NCBI GenBank assembly: GCA_904063045.1
Contig: CAJFCJ010000005.1
Coordinates: 181,310-245,309 of the forward strand
Length of the DNA: 64,000 nucleotides
Direction: 5' to 3'
DNA from: Dimorphilus gyrociliatus
Lineage: Eukaryota > Animalia > Annelida
The position numbers and the translations under genes were made by a program. Positions 51,766 to 62,751 of this stretch are shown piece after piece. A model generated the notes under the pieces. It was not told where the DNA came from. It searched no databases and saw nothing but the letters and a program-made list of their open reading frames with translations. Position 1 is the stretch's first letter. Every line of letters begins with the position of its first letter.

Positions 51766-53170
51766 CCTCTCTAGCTACAATTTTATTATTTTGTATGAAA
51801 GAACTCGTTATAATAACTTTGAAAATTATCACCAAAAAATTGCCTAAAAGATACGCCCAAGATACTTTTGTTTCTTATCGGTTTTAAGACTTTGTTCTGG
51901 GATGTTATCTATACTAATTATTTAATTTCTACTTTGCAGTTTACTTTCTTATAGTTAAGCATAAATAATTTTATATCGTTATCAGTAATAGGCTAAGATT
52001 GGTAAGCAATGAATTCTAAATATGCAGCATTTTGTACTTTCGTTTTGTGAAATTAAATATATTTATCTTTAAGTTGGATTAATTAATTGGTTGATAGGAC
52101 CAAATTACGCAATATCATCATGTTAAGACCATAGGTTATGTAGTTCAGTAAAACATTTACAAACTTGAATGAAAGAATATGGAAAGGAAAAACTCTTAAT
52201 CCAGATTTATTAAGTGTAGACAGCTTTACTCGAGACGGGAGTATCTATTTTTTATTGTTACGGCTTAAAGCATGTCTTCTATCACTCCTCTACCAGGTTC
52301 CAATACATCAGCAGCATATGCTAACTAACCAACCTAGATAGGAGGTCTTTAGATTATTTCGGTACTAGAGAGTTCTAGGGTTGTAGATATTATTATATTG
52401 ATAATCAATACAGATTTTACGGTCAATGAAAAACTTCCTTTATTGGAAGTTTATAATTGTATTGCTGTATACGTCTGAAGCTTATAATGTATATGTTTTA
52501 AGTATATTTGAGAGATTTGTTACGGTTGTTCCAATAAAGGTGTCTTTCGGCTCGCCTCAACAGCAACCTAGAGGAGAGTTCTACGGTATCCATATTCTGT
52601 GTTCCAGAGGATAAAAAGTCAACTACAGATAACGCAGCTAGCTACACTAGTAGAAAACAAATAAGCATATTGGATAATCTCGAAAATGTGTGATATCGAG
52701 CTCAACAACTGCAGTTTTAGAAAGTATAAAATAAAGATGGAGAAATTAAAGATAAAGTTTCATGATAAGATTTGCGGTTGGTTTTAATATAGTTGATGTA
52801 GGCTTACCACAGACTGAAGAAATAGAATCTCTTTGTTCCCTTTTGCTGTTTATCTACTATGTATTAGGTTAGTTGTCGTTTAACCTATGGTAAAATAATA
52901 ATATATAGTATAGATTGTTAATTTGATAAATATGAATAGAATTGAAATAATGAATCTGGTAAGATATACTATTATAATCTTTCTATTAGAAAATATATAG
53001 AGGCGTCAACAATTTTAACCTGTAATTAAAAGTTGGTCTACCAAAATTTACGATGTCCACATTTTCCTGTCGTTTACTTTATATAGCTAATTACTATGCT
53101 GTATAAGAGCTAAAACTCAATCATTCTTTCCTTAAAAGGATACAAGAACGAAACTGCTCTACTACGTCAA

Positions 53171-53431
53171 ATGAAAATATATCGAAATACGAGATTATCG
53201 AATAGTTTCTTTTGTTTAATTTCAAGCTTTAAAGAAACGATTATAAGCTGCTTTAAACTATGTACAGATAATAATTGTTTGTTATTATCTTTCGATGTTG
53301 TAAAGAAACTTTGCTGTATCTCTTTGGTAAGAAGTCTGGAATTATATTTTCAGAATTATGCTAATAGTTTTATTGGGCAAGTTCGTAATGAGACCAGTGA
53401 AGTTTACAAACAACAATTGTGCAATTATTAA
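53171..53431 (+). pseudogene. Orphan duplicated last exon (PAN) of lectin paralog B
   Basis: Identical translation to 46876..47136, but upstream exons were removed by the duplication and deletion. Confidence 0.85.
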
Positions 53432-53802
53432 TTGACAAACTAGCTAAGACAATAAATAGAAAAGTCGATGTTTCTATACAATTCAAAAAACTCTTGAATG
53501 CGCTTTTTCTAAATGTATAGTTAACTTTGAACACAATAATAAATTGCTTTATGATCAGTTGAGAAAGAATTTAATCATCTTGATTTTTAGATTAGATTAA
53601 GTAGAACAAGGAAGAAATATGAATGATAGTAACTGTTTTAAAGATTAGATGACAGATTTCGTTTATTTTAACTAAATGAAAAAGGAAAGAAAGACTGTAA
53701 TACTAAATCAAATTACATAACTTTTTAGTTTGGCATTTTCATACAAGTCAAAATAGAATAGAATTCTCTATTCTGAACATAGAGATGACTCTAATTTTGA
53801 TC

Positions 53803-54796
53803 TTAAACTATTAAAAATAATAACATTGACGAGTACATTACATCATTAGCTTTACAACCTGTGTAATCTACATGTAGATTGTCTCCTGCATTCATTCTAA
53901 CCAAGCCTGCTTTTGATATTAAATTAGACTCGGTACTCTCTGGTAATTTTCTCAATAACCTAAACATTTTGACTTGATTAACATGAACAGAAACCTCTGC
54001 AATGCTGTGTCTCTGAACACATTTTTTCAGACGTTTGACAATCTTCCACTTCAATTGGTACACCCGGACATTCGGCACCACCGTTTATTGGTGGAGGATT
54101 ATTACAGTTTCTTGTTCGAGTTCGTATTCCATCACCTCTACAGCTCGGTTCACAATCACTCCAAGGTGACCATTCAGACCAACCTCCTGGTCTTGGACAG
54201 TTCGCATCTTCCGCTCGAACACAAAGCTTTATGGTACACGTTCTCGGATTAACTATAGGGCTAAAAAAGAAACCGGGAGGACATTGTTGGGGCTAAGATA
54301 CTCCATTTTCGCAATGATAATAGATTCTACAATCGACTAAACTCGGAACCGTTGCATTAAGATTTGGTGAACATTCGTCCGTTTTTGTAAAACAAGGAGT
54401 TGAAAAATCTTTCTGGTTTGGTTCGCATTGATTAGGTTTTTTATGAAACACCTCATTATTGGACGTTGGACAATCAGCATATTCAGGTTCAACACAAGTT
54501 ATAATTGTACAATCTAACGTTGTAAATCTAAAGAAAAGACCAAGAGGACAGTTCTGTGGATAAGCTTTACCATCGATACATTGATAATAGGCACCGCAAA
54601 ATTGCGGATCTCTATAGGCTACATCAATTGGTCTGAGATTGTTGTCAACAGGGCAATTGAATGAAATTGAAGGTGAAAAGAGCGTTGTAAAGAAGACTGT
54701 ATACGAATATTCGTAAAGTGTATTTAACAAATCGGTGGACTGTAATAATAAAAGTTAGAGGAACTTACAAGCTATAATAAAAGTATTCCTTTTCAT
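53803..54796 (-). pseudogene. CBM14-TSP1-C1q copy A' (nonsense mutation and ~1-kb deletion)
   Basis: A-type exon 1 at 54796; TGG changed to TAG at 54293; TSP1 is fused out of frame to the end of the last C1q domain at ~54020-54033 through a short filler. Confidence 0.9.
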
Positions 54797-55153
54797 CTTT
54801 CCAGCTATATTTTCAAGCAATGAATGAGAGAATTTCAAGCAATAACCACAAATTTATAGTATAAATTCTTAGGAGATATTGCATAGATACTGTATAGCTT
54901 TATCAAGCTTTTATGATATAGCTAGAGCAGGAACAGGACGAAAAATTCGCTGGAATAAGAGAGTCTCTATCAGTGTTTTATCTCTAAATGAATATGAGAG
55001 TATTTAAAAAGAAGAAAGAGGTCAATGTATTGAACTAGGTAACATTTGAAATGATAAAATGTTTGGCAAGATATAATATATTTTGTAATTTATTAGAACC
55101 ATAATTTTGAATAAATTGTTTAGAAAATACATGTATTTGAAAGTTAATAGGTT

Positions 55154-57103
55154 CTAAGACACTAATAAAAGAGACATTGATGAAACCATATCAGAAGTTG
55201 ATATACAACCATCATATTTCGTTGTTAAAATATCCCCTTTGTTCATTTGTATTAATACCGATTTAGATATTAATTCTGAATTTTCATTATCAGATCTCCA
55301 TTTCAACATCCTCATTGTCACTAAATTATTAACTTCAACAAACACTCTTAAATGACTTCTATATCTAACGACAACGCTTATATCGATATAATATGTACCG
55401 TTTACGGGTGATGTATAGGAGAAATTATTAAAATTCCACGAATTTTTTGTATCCATGCTTTTTCTATTAAACTCTATCTTGCTAGGCGATATTGTACATG
55501 ATTGTGAAGATGACATACTTTGCCAGACAAATAGAATAGGTAAACTATCATTCAATTTATATGCTAACAAATAAGTAGGAAAACCTTCAGATGAGTTATG
55601 TCCTCCTTCAATAAAATACTCAAAGCTCGTATCATCGTCAATCAAACGAATGAAACTACGAGATAATTGATCGGAACTATCAATGTGTTTACTGTTACGT
55701 CTTATTCTTTCAAATGGATTATTTGTTGAATTTATGAAAATGGAAACATTTACATATTCTGTTGAAAGAGGTCTAATGCCAAAGTTAACAAAATAGACTC
55801 CACCTTCTCTACTAATAAACCTTCTATTCGAGTTAACAGCCACAAAGTTTCTTATATTTATAATAGAGTCGAGAGCAAGATAGCGTTCATCAGAAGTGAT
55901 CATTTCGGAACCAGCGAATAAATAATTATTAGATGAATATTTAAATCCTAACCAGGAAGTATCCTTTCCAAAATTATCACCTGCCAAGAATGAAGAAGTC
56001 AGTCTTTGGTAAACGTATGGTCGATATAAACTGTTCAAATTGAATAGACAATTTCTAGTTATCAGATCAAAGCTTTTCTCATTTCTTTCTCTCTTTAAAT
56101 CCATTCTTTTACCCAAATTCTCAAGGGAAAGATGAGTTCCACTATTTCCCCCTATAGTAGCAGTTATAGACATATAATATAAACCAGACTTTTTGATATT
56201 TAATGAATTGTCTGCATTATTAAATAAATCGTCTTGATTAACATCAATCGAATTCCATTTAACTCTCTCCTGAGAAAGAATTGCGCTTGTCTCTAAAGTT
56301 ACCATAAACGCCGGTTGTCTGTAAATGCCACATTCGGGTGTTTGACAATCTTCCACTTCAATTGGTACACCCGGACATTCGGCACCACCGTTTATTGGTG
56401 GAGGATTATTGCAGTTTCTTGTTCGAGTTCGTATTCCATCACCTCCACAACTCGGTTCACATTCACCCCAAGGTGACCATTCAGACCAACCTCCTGGTCT
56501 TGGACAGTTCGCATCTTCCGCTCGAACACAAAGCTTTATGGTACACGTTCTCGGATTAACTATAGGGCTAAAAAAGAAACCGGGAGGACATTGTTGGGGC
56601 CAAGATACTCCATTGTCGCAATGATAATAGATTCTACAATCGATTAAACTCGGAACTGTTGCATTAAGATTTGGTGCACATTCATCAGTTTTTGTATAAC
56701 ACGGATTTGAAAAATCTTTCTGGTTTGGTTCGCATTGATTAGGTTTTTTATGAAACACCTCATTATTGGACGTTGGACAATCAGCATATTCAGGTTCAAC
56801 ACAAGTTATAATTGTACAATCTAGCGTTGTAAATCTGAAGAAAAGACCAAGAGGACAGTTCTGTGGATAAGCTTTACCATCGATACATTGATAATAGGCA
56901 CCGCAAAATTGCGGATCTCTGTAGGCTCCATCAATTGGTCTGAAGTTGTTGTCAACAGGGCAATTGAATGAAATTGAAGACGTAAAGAGCGTTGTAAAGA
57001 AGACTGTATACGAATATTCATAAAGTATATTTAATGAATATGTTAACTGTAATAATAAAATTTAAATGAACATACAAACTATAAATACGTTGCTGTTTTT
57101 CAT
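55154..57103 (-). CDS. Secreted CBM14x2-TSP1-C1qx3 protein, copy B' (intact)
   Basis: Exon 1 is 57103..57076 (MKNSNVFIV). Exon 2, 57003..55154, was translated by hand and is open and in frame with ORF 55154..56758. Confidence 0.88.
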
Positions 57104-58271
57104 CCTCTCTAGCTACAATTTTATTATTTTGTATGAAAGAACTCGTTATAATAACTTTGAAAATTATCACCAAAAAATTGCCTAAAAGATACGCCCAAGA
57201 TACTTTTGTTTCTTATCGGTTTTAAGACTTTGTTCTGGGATGTTTTTAATACTAAATATTTAATTTCTACTTTGCAGTTTACTTTCTTATAGTTAAGCAT
57301 AAATAATTTTATATCGTTATCAGTAATAGGCTAAGATTGGTAAGCAATGAATTCTAAATATGCAGCATTTTGTACTTTCGTTTTGTGAAATTAAATATAT
57401 TTATCTTTAAGTTGGATTAATTAATTGGTTGATAGGACCAAATCACGCAATATCATCATGTTAAGACCATTCGTTATGTAGTTCAGTAAAACATTTACAA
57501 ACTTGAATGAAAGAATATGGAAAGGAAAAACTCCTAATCCAGATTTATTAAGCGTAGACAGGTTTACTCGAGACCTGAGTATCTACTTGCTATTCCTACG
57601 GATTAAAGCATGTCTCCTATACACCAACAACATATCCTAACAAATCAACCTAGATAGGAAATCTTTAGATTATTTTGGGTACTAGACAGTTCTAGGGTTG
57701 TAAAGATGATTATATTGATAATCAATACAGATTTTACGGTCATGAAAAAACTTCCTTTATTGGAATTTCATAAATGTATTGCTGTATATGGGCGGAAACT
57801 TATATAGTATATGTTTCAAGTATATTTGAGAGATTTGTTACGGTTGTTCCAATAAAGGAGTCTGTTGACTCGCCTCAACAGCAACCTAGAGGAGAGTTCT
57901 ACGGTATCCATAATCTGTGCTCCAGAAACTAAAAAGTCAACTACAGATAACGCAGCTAGCTACTTTAGAAGAAAACAAATAAGCATATTGGATAATCTCG
58001 AAAATGAGTGATATCGAGTGCAATAACTGCAATATTAGAAAGTATAAAATAAAGGTGGAGAAATTAAAGGAGAAAGTTTAATGATAGGATTTATAGTTGA
58101 TTTTAATATAGATGATATAGGCTTACCACAGACTGAAGAAATAGAATCTCTTTGTTCCCTTTTGCCTGTTTATCTACTATTTATTAGGTTAGTTGTCGTT
58201 TAACCTATGCTAGCATAATAATATGTTATTGGACAGTAAACTGAATAGGATAAACTATAAATATGTATATA

Positions 58272-58343
58272 TCCCAGATGGTCTAGGGGTTAGGATTCCC
58301 GGCTTTCACCCGGGCGGCCCGGGTTCGATTCCCGGTCTGGGAG
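58272..58343 (+). tRNA. tRNA-Glu(TTC)
   Basis: TCCCAGATGGTCTAGGGGTTAGGATTCCCGG CTTTCAC CCGGG...GGTTCGATTCCCGGTCTGGGAG, 72 nt, followed by an oligo-T terminator. Confidence 0.96.
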
Positions 58344-58543
58344 AAAATTTTTTTTTCTCTTATCAATTATATTGGCGACTATTATCAGTTTCAATAGACA
58401 TTTTCTGTATTTTGTATTTAGAAATCTATACAAATAATAATTTCTAGAGTCGAACATATGAAATGACAGTTAAAAACAGATATTGACACTTTATAGTAAT
58501 GGCTATAATTGAATTCTACCAAGTATAAGACAGCTATATAAAC

Positions 58544-58576
<33 letters not shown>

Positions 58577-58856
58577 TATATTTTTTATATATACATTACT
58601 ACATTCAATCTATAAATAGCAACAATACGAATTTCTGTCTCTAAAATCAACAATTGAATAATTGATCGTATATATCGTATTGTTTACAAATTGTTAAAAG
58701 TACCAGTTTGTTTTTGTTTAAAAGATAAATGCATTGAAGTTACTTAGTTTAAGTTGACTTTTCTTCTCCTTTTCCTCTTTAGTATGGCAGATAAAAGAAA
58801 AAAATCAAAAAGATCTTTTATTGATGGCTTTTTTTTGGTTTAATGAATAATGCAGG

Positions 58857-60218
58857 CTATTTCCTAATGAAATTGTCCGTTAAATTTGTATGTTGAAGCT
58901 TTAACGTTTGAAGTTTCTTTTGATATCTGATAAAACTTTCCAGTTGTTCAGACATATCTGACGATAAATTACAAAATTTCAAATCCAACTCTTTAACATT
59001 GCAGACCGATGACGAAATATTCTGGAATAAATATTTTCCAGTATCGGCTTTTAAGTTTGTATAATCTAACTTTAATGTATTGAGTTGAGTTTGATATCCA
59101 ATGAATCTACCTAAATACATACTCATATTAGATGAGAAATTGCAACATCCAAAATCGAGAAATCTTAGATTGCAGCAGGATGGAGAGATATTTTGAAAGA
59201 TATTCTTTCCAATATCTCCTTCTAGATTTGTACAAATAAACTCCAACATATCTAGTTGGGTTTGATTGCCGATAAACTTGCCCAATTCTATACTCATTTC
59301 CGGTGTTATTTTATAGAATGCTAGATGAAGCTTTTTCAAATTACAACAGGACGATGGAATATTCTGGAGGATATATTTTCCACTTTCACCTTTAAGAATA
59401 CTGAACTGCCAGATGAGGGTATCGAGTTGTTTTTGATGTTGAATAAACTTGCCTAAATAGGAACTCATACTAGGTGTGAATTTACAATAGGCAAGTTCAA
59501 GTTTTGTTACATTACAACAGGATGATGATATATGTCTGAATACACTTTTACCAATGTCACTTTCGAATGTTGTATGGCTAAGATAGATCTTTTTAAGTTG
59601 AGTTTGATATCCGAAGAATTTTCCAAGATATTTACCAGTTTCCGATGATAATGAACAACCGTTTAATTTGAATTTCTGAAGATTTTTACAAGATGAACAA
59701 ATCCCTTTGAAGATATTTTTACAAAAATCCTTTTCAAGGTTTGTATGAAGGAATGAAAGTTTTTTTAAAGCTGTTAAATTTCTGAATATATTCAATTCTT
59801 CAATTGATTCAACAAAACACTTGTTCAATACTAATTCTTCAATGAAATTCTCATTTAAATACAACCATACATCATTCATATCGTCGACATTGTATATATG
59901 CAATACCTTAATGGGATGATTCTTAAGAAATTCAAAATTTTCCAATTTACTCTTCATTAGGCAGACATTCGTCAGTGTCATAATCCTATATGAAAAGAAT
60001 TTCAGTTCATCTTCGTTAAGATAATCCCTCTTTTGACAAGCGTAATCGTAAATAAGATTGGCTAGTTGTTGAGGATATACGAAATTATATTTTATGCAAA
60101 CTTTACTAAGTGGATATAAACAAATAGATATTGCTCTTAAACATTGATTTTTCAACGAATACGATATTTTCTCGTAAGTCTTATCCATCGACGTTTTAAA
60201 AAAGAATGTATCAGCCAT
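58857..60218 (-). CDS. ZER1-like BC/Cul2-box N-terminus plus RI-type LRR protein (453 aa)
   Basis: SLKNQCLRAI...YPQQLANLIYDY...DELKFFSYRIMTLTNV, then five 57-aa LRR pairs. Confidence 0.85.
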   Translation of the reverse strand: MADTFFFKTSMDKTYEKISYSLKNQCLRAISICLYPLSKVCIKYNFVYPQQLANLIYDYACQKRDYLNEDELKFFSYRIMTLTNVCLMKSKLENFEFLKNHPIKVLHIYNVDDMNDVWLYLNENFIEELVLNKCFVESIEELNIFRNLTALKKLSFLHTNLEKDFCKNIFKGICSSCKNLQKFKLNGCSLSSETGKYLGKFFGYQTQLKKIYLSHTTFESDIGKSVFRHISSSCCNVTKLELAYCKFTPSMSSYLGKFIQHQKQLDTLIWQFSILKGESGKYILQNIPSSCCNLKKLHLAFYKITPEMSIELGKFIGNQTQLDMLEFICTNLEGDIGKNIFQNISPSCCNLRFLDFGCCNFSSNMSMYLGRFIGYQTQLNTLKLDYTNLKADTGKYLFQNISSSVCNVKELDLKFCNLSSDMSEQLESFIRYQKKLQTLKLQHTNLTDNFIRK

Positions 60219-60783
60219 GGAAACACAGCAGTAGCTGAATTATCGTTATACTTTGCCAAGAAGAAACACACTGTACCAGTTTATTTTTTCGAAAATATCT
60301 CTGGAATTTCTTTAATAGGAAATCCTTTGTTAAATTAATAAATCCAGTTATATTTTAGATAATTGATTGAAATTCTATTAATTTTATTAAAGAAATTAAC
60401 AATATCTATGTAAATATTTGTAAAAATCGATGAAAATCCTCAGCATATATGTTAATATTTTATACAAAAGTATACACTGTATATTGTACTGTTGTTTCCT
60501 TATGAAAGTAGGGAAAAAGACAAAAAAGCCTACCAGTTATTACTGTTATAGTTAGAATCATATTTCCAGTTTATTTAATATTCAATATAGTCTACAAAGA
60601 GATTGTTTATTCAATTCAATATTCAAGTAAAAAACATACATATATACTTTTACATGTTTGTTTTTTATATTGAAAAAAACAACAACAACAACAATAATGA
60701 ATATTCATTAAGTCTTTGAGTTAGGCCTAAATTTAATAATCCTAAATCCAATTCTTTCTTGTCTCTAAGACCTATTTAACAAC

Positions 60784-60816
<33 letters not shown>

Positions 60817-60995
60817 CAGTATATATATATAGAAAGAGAGAGAGAGAGGGGGGAAAGTTTTGACATTGTTTTTCATCATCAAATGACTAAGAAACGAATT
60901 GTTAATATGTTAAAAGAATAAAGAATATATACACACAATCAGTATATAGAGAATATGTTAAAAAAAAGCAAGTTAAAATAAGCAAAAGAAAGTTA

Positions 60996-62207
60996 TTAAT
61001 AAGAAATATTACATTCGGAAGAAGATAGATAATGATTATGAATTTTCTCAACTTCGCTTATTGGATTTGTTAAATACAAATCTAATTTTTGTAAATTATC
61101 CTGATTTCTAATTACTCTTCCCAATGGTTCAATCATTTCCGGTGAGAATTGGCACATTCTCAATGAAAATTCTTTAAGATTATTAAAATTCGAAGGAATA
61201 TATTTAAAGATATTAATTCCAATTTCATCTTTAAGGTTAGTATTTCCAAAATCTAATTTTTGTAATTGAATTTGTAGGCCTATAAATCTTCCCAAATATT
61301 CGCACATGTCGTAAGAAAATTCGCATTTACTCAATTTAAGTATTTTAATATTACAGCATAAAGATGAAATATCCTTGAATAGATTCTTTCCAATTTCACC
61401 TTTAAGAATGATATTAGATAATTCCAATTTATTAAGGTTTGTTTGATAGCCAATAAACTTTCCAAGGAGTTGACCAATATCCGATGTAAATGAACAATCG
61501 TTTAAATTAAGTTCTTTTAGGGAAGAGAATGCTGGTGGAATATTCCGGAATATATCTCTTCCAAGTTCACCTTTAAGGTTTGTTGAACAAAGATTTAAGA
61601 CATTAAGCGTAGTTTGCTTTCCAATAAATGCTCCCAGACAAGCGCCAATATCTGATGATAATTTACAACATATTAGTTCGAAGGATGTTAAACTACAACC
61701 AGATTGAGAGATGCTCTTTAGGAAACTATTACCAATCTCTTCGTGTGAATTAAATTGCCTTAATGAGAATTTACTTAAATTTTTTACTTGTTTAAAAAAG
61801 TCAAACATAACTTTTGAATTAATAAAACAAGATGCAAATTTTAATTCCTCTATATATAATGGATTAACATTCCTTATTAAGCAGTCGAGATCAATAGCTC
61901 CGTGGATATATACGATTTGAACGGGATGCGAATTCAAAAATTCAAAACTCTCCACATTTTCGAATTTATAGCCTAGTAGTTTAATTTTCGATAGTGTCAT
62001 CATCTTTGAGGAGAAGAATAATAAATCATCGTTGCTTAGGTATTTTTTACCCTTTAGAGAATAGTCAAAAATTAATTGACTTATTACGGGAGGAATATGA
62101 ATGTTTTGAAATTGGTAGAGATGATAGAGATATTTCAAGTTTTTTGTTACAGACTTTATCGAAAGAATCTTCAACGACTTTAATTCTCCTACCAATAAAT
62201 TATCCAT
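60996..62207 (-). CDS. ZER1-like BC/Cul2-box N-terminus plus RI-type LRR protein (403 aa)
   Basis: SLKILSIKSV...IPPVISQLIFDY...DDLLFFSSKMMTLSKI, then four 57-aa LRR pairs. Confidence 0.85.
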   Translation of the reverse strand: MDNLLVGELKSLKILSIKSVTKNLKYLYHLYQFQNIHIPPVISQLIFDYSLKGKKYLSNDDLLFFSSKMMTLSKIKLLGYKFENVESFEFLNSHPVQIVYIHGAIDLDCLIRNVNPLYIEELKFASCFINSKVMFDFFKQVKNLSKFSLRQFNSHEEIGNSFLKSISQSGCSLTSFELICCKLSSDIGACLGAFIGKQTTLNVLNLCSTNLKGELGRDIFRNIPPAFSSLKELNLNDCSFTSDIGQLLGKFIGYQTNLNKLELSNIILKGEIGKNLFKDISSLCCNIKILKLSKCEFSYDMCEYLGRFIGLQIQLQKLDFGNTNLKDEIGINIFKYIPSNFNNLKEFSLRMCQFSPEMIEPLGRVIRNQDNLQKLDLYLTNPISEVEKIHNHYLSSSECNISY

Positions 62208-62751
62208 ATCTCGATCACGCTCTTTTATTTTCTATAAAACGTTCGCATCACTGAGCGATAATTCAGTAGGATGTGGAACTCTCCTACTGGAACTGATTTC
62301 ATTTTAACGTTTCGTCTTGACGTTTTTTTTTCTTTCAGTCAATTTAATTTAACGTTAAAACTATATATTAACTTATATTATGTAAATATGTGTACGTAAG
62401 CAAAATTTACGAATTTAAAATTGTTAATAATAAAGGGTGAAAAAAAGAAGAAGGTAACAATAGACTTTATTTAAGGCGTATAGCTTTATTTTTATTATGA
62501 AAATGGGACACCGTAACATCTTTGGAATATTATTCGACGCAGAGAGAATACATATAAAATCAATATTTGCATACGCTTTCTAGAGTTTCAAAGTAATTAA
62601 ATTAACTAGGTTGTACGTATGAAAGTTTTTCATAATTACAGTCGAAAAGTATTCATATATGTACCATAAACTTATTTTTTATTATTTCATTTTATCGCTC
62701 AAAGACTAATGATCATTTATTAAATGGTATATATTAAGTAGTAATATACAA

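Larger units (their letters stand above)
52906..58209 (+). repeat. Tandem segmental duplicate of ~44809..52889 with internal deletions
   Basis: 52906-53006 matches 44809-44927; 53007-53815 matches ~46713-47520; A' and B' follow; spacer 57060-58209 matches 51720-52889, both ending TAACCTATG. Confidence 0.9.

Noticed and set aside
48018-56624. Plus-strand ORFs 48018, 48659, 50970, 53974, 56338, 56409 and off-frame ORFs 50862, 56821
   Set aside because: Antisense or alternate-frame shadows of the CBM14-TSP1-C1q genes; they recur only because the genes are duplicated.
39248-62254. ORFs 39248, 39929, 41005, 60144, 61711 and 61994
   Set aside because: Antisense shadows of the LRR genes with no independent motifs.
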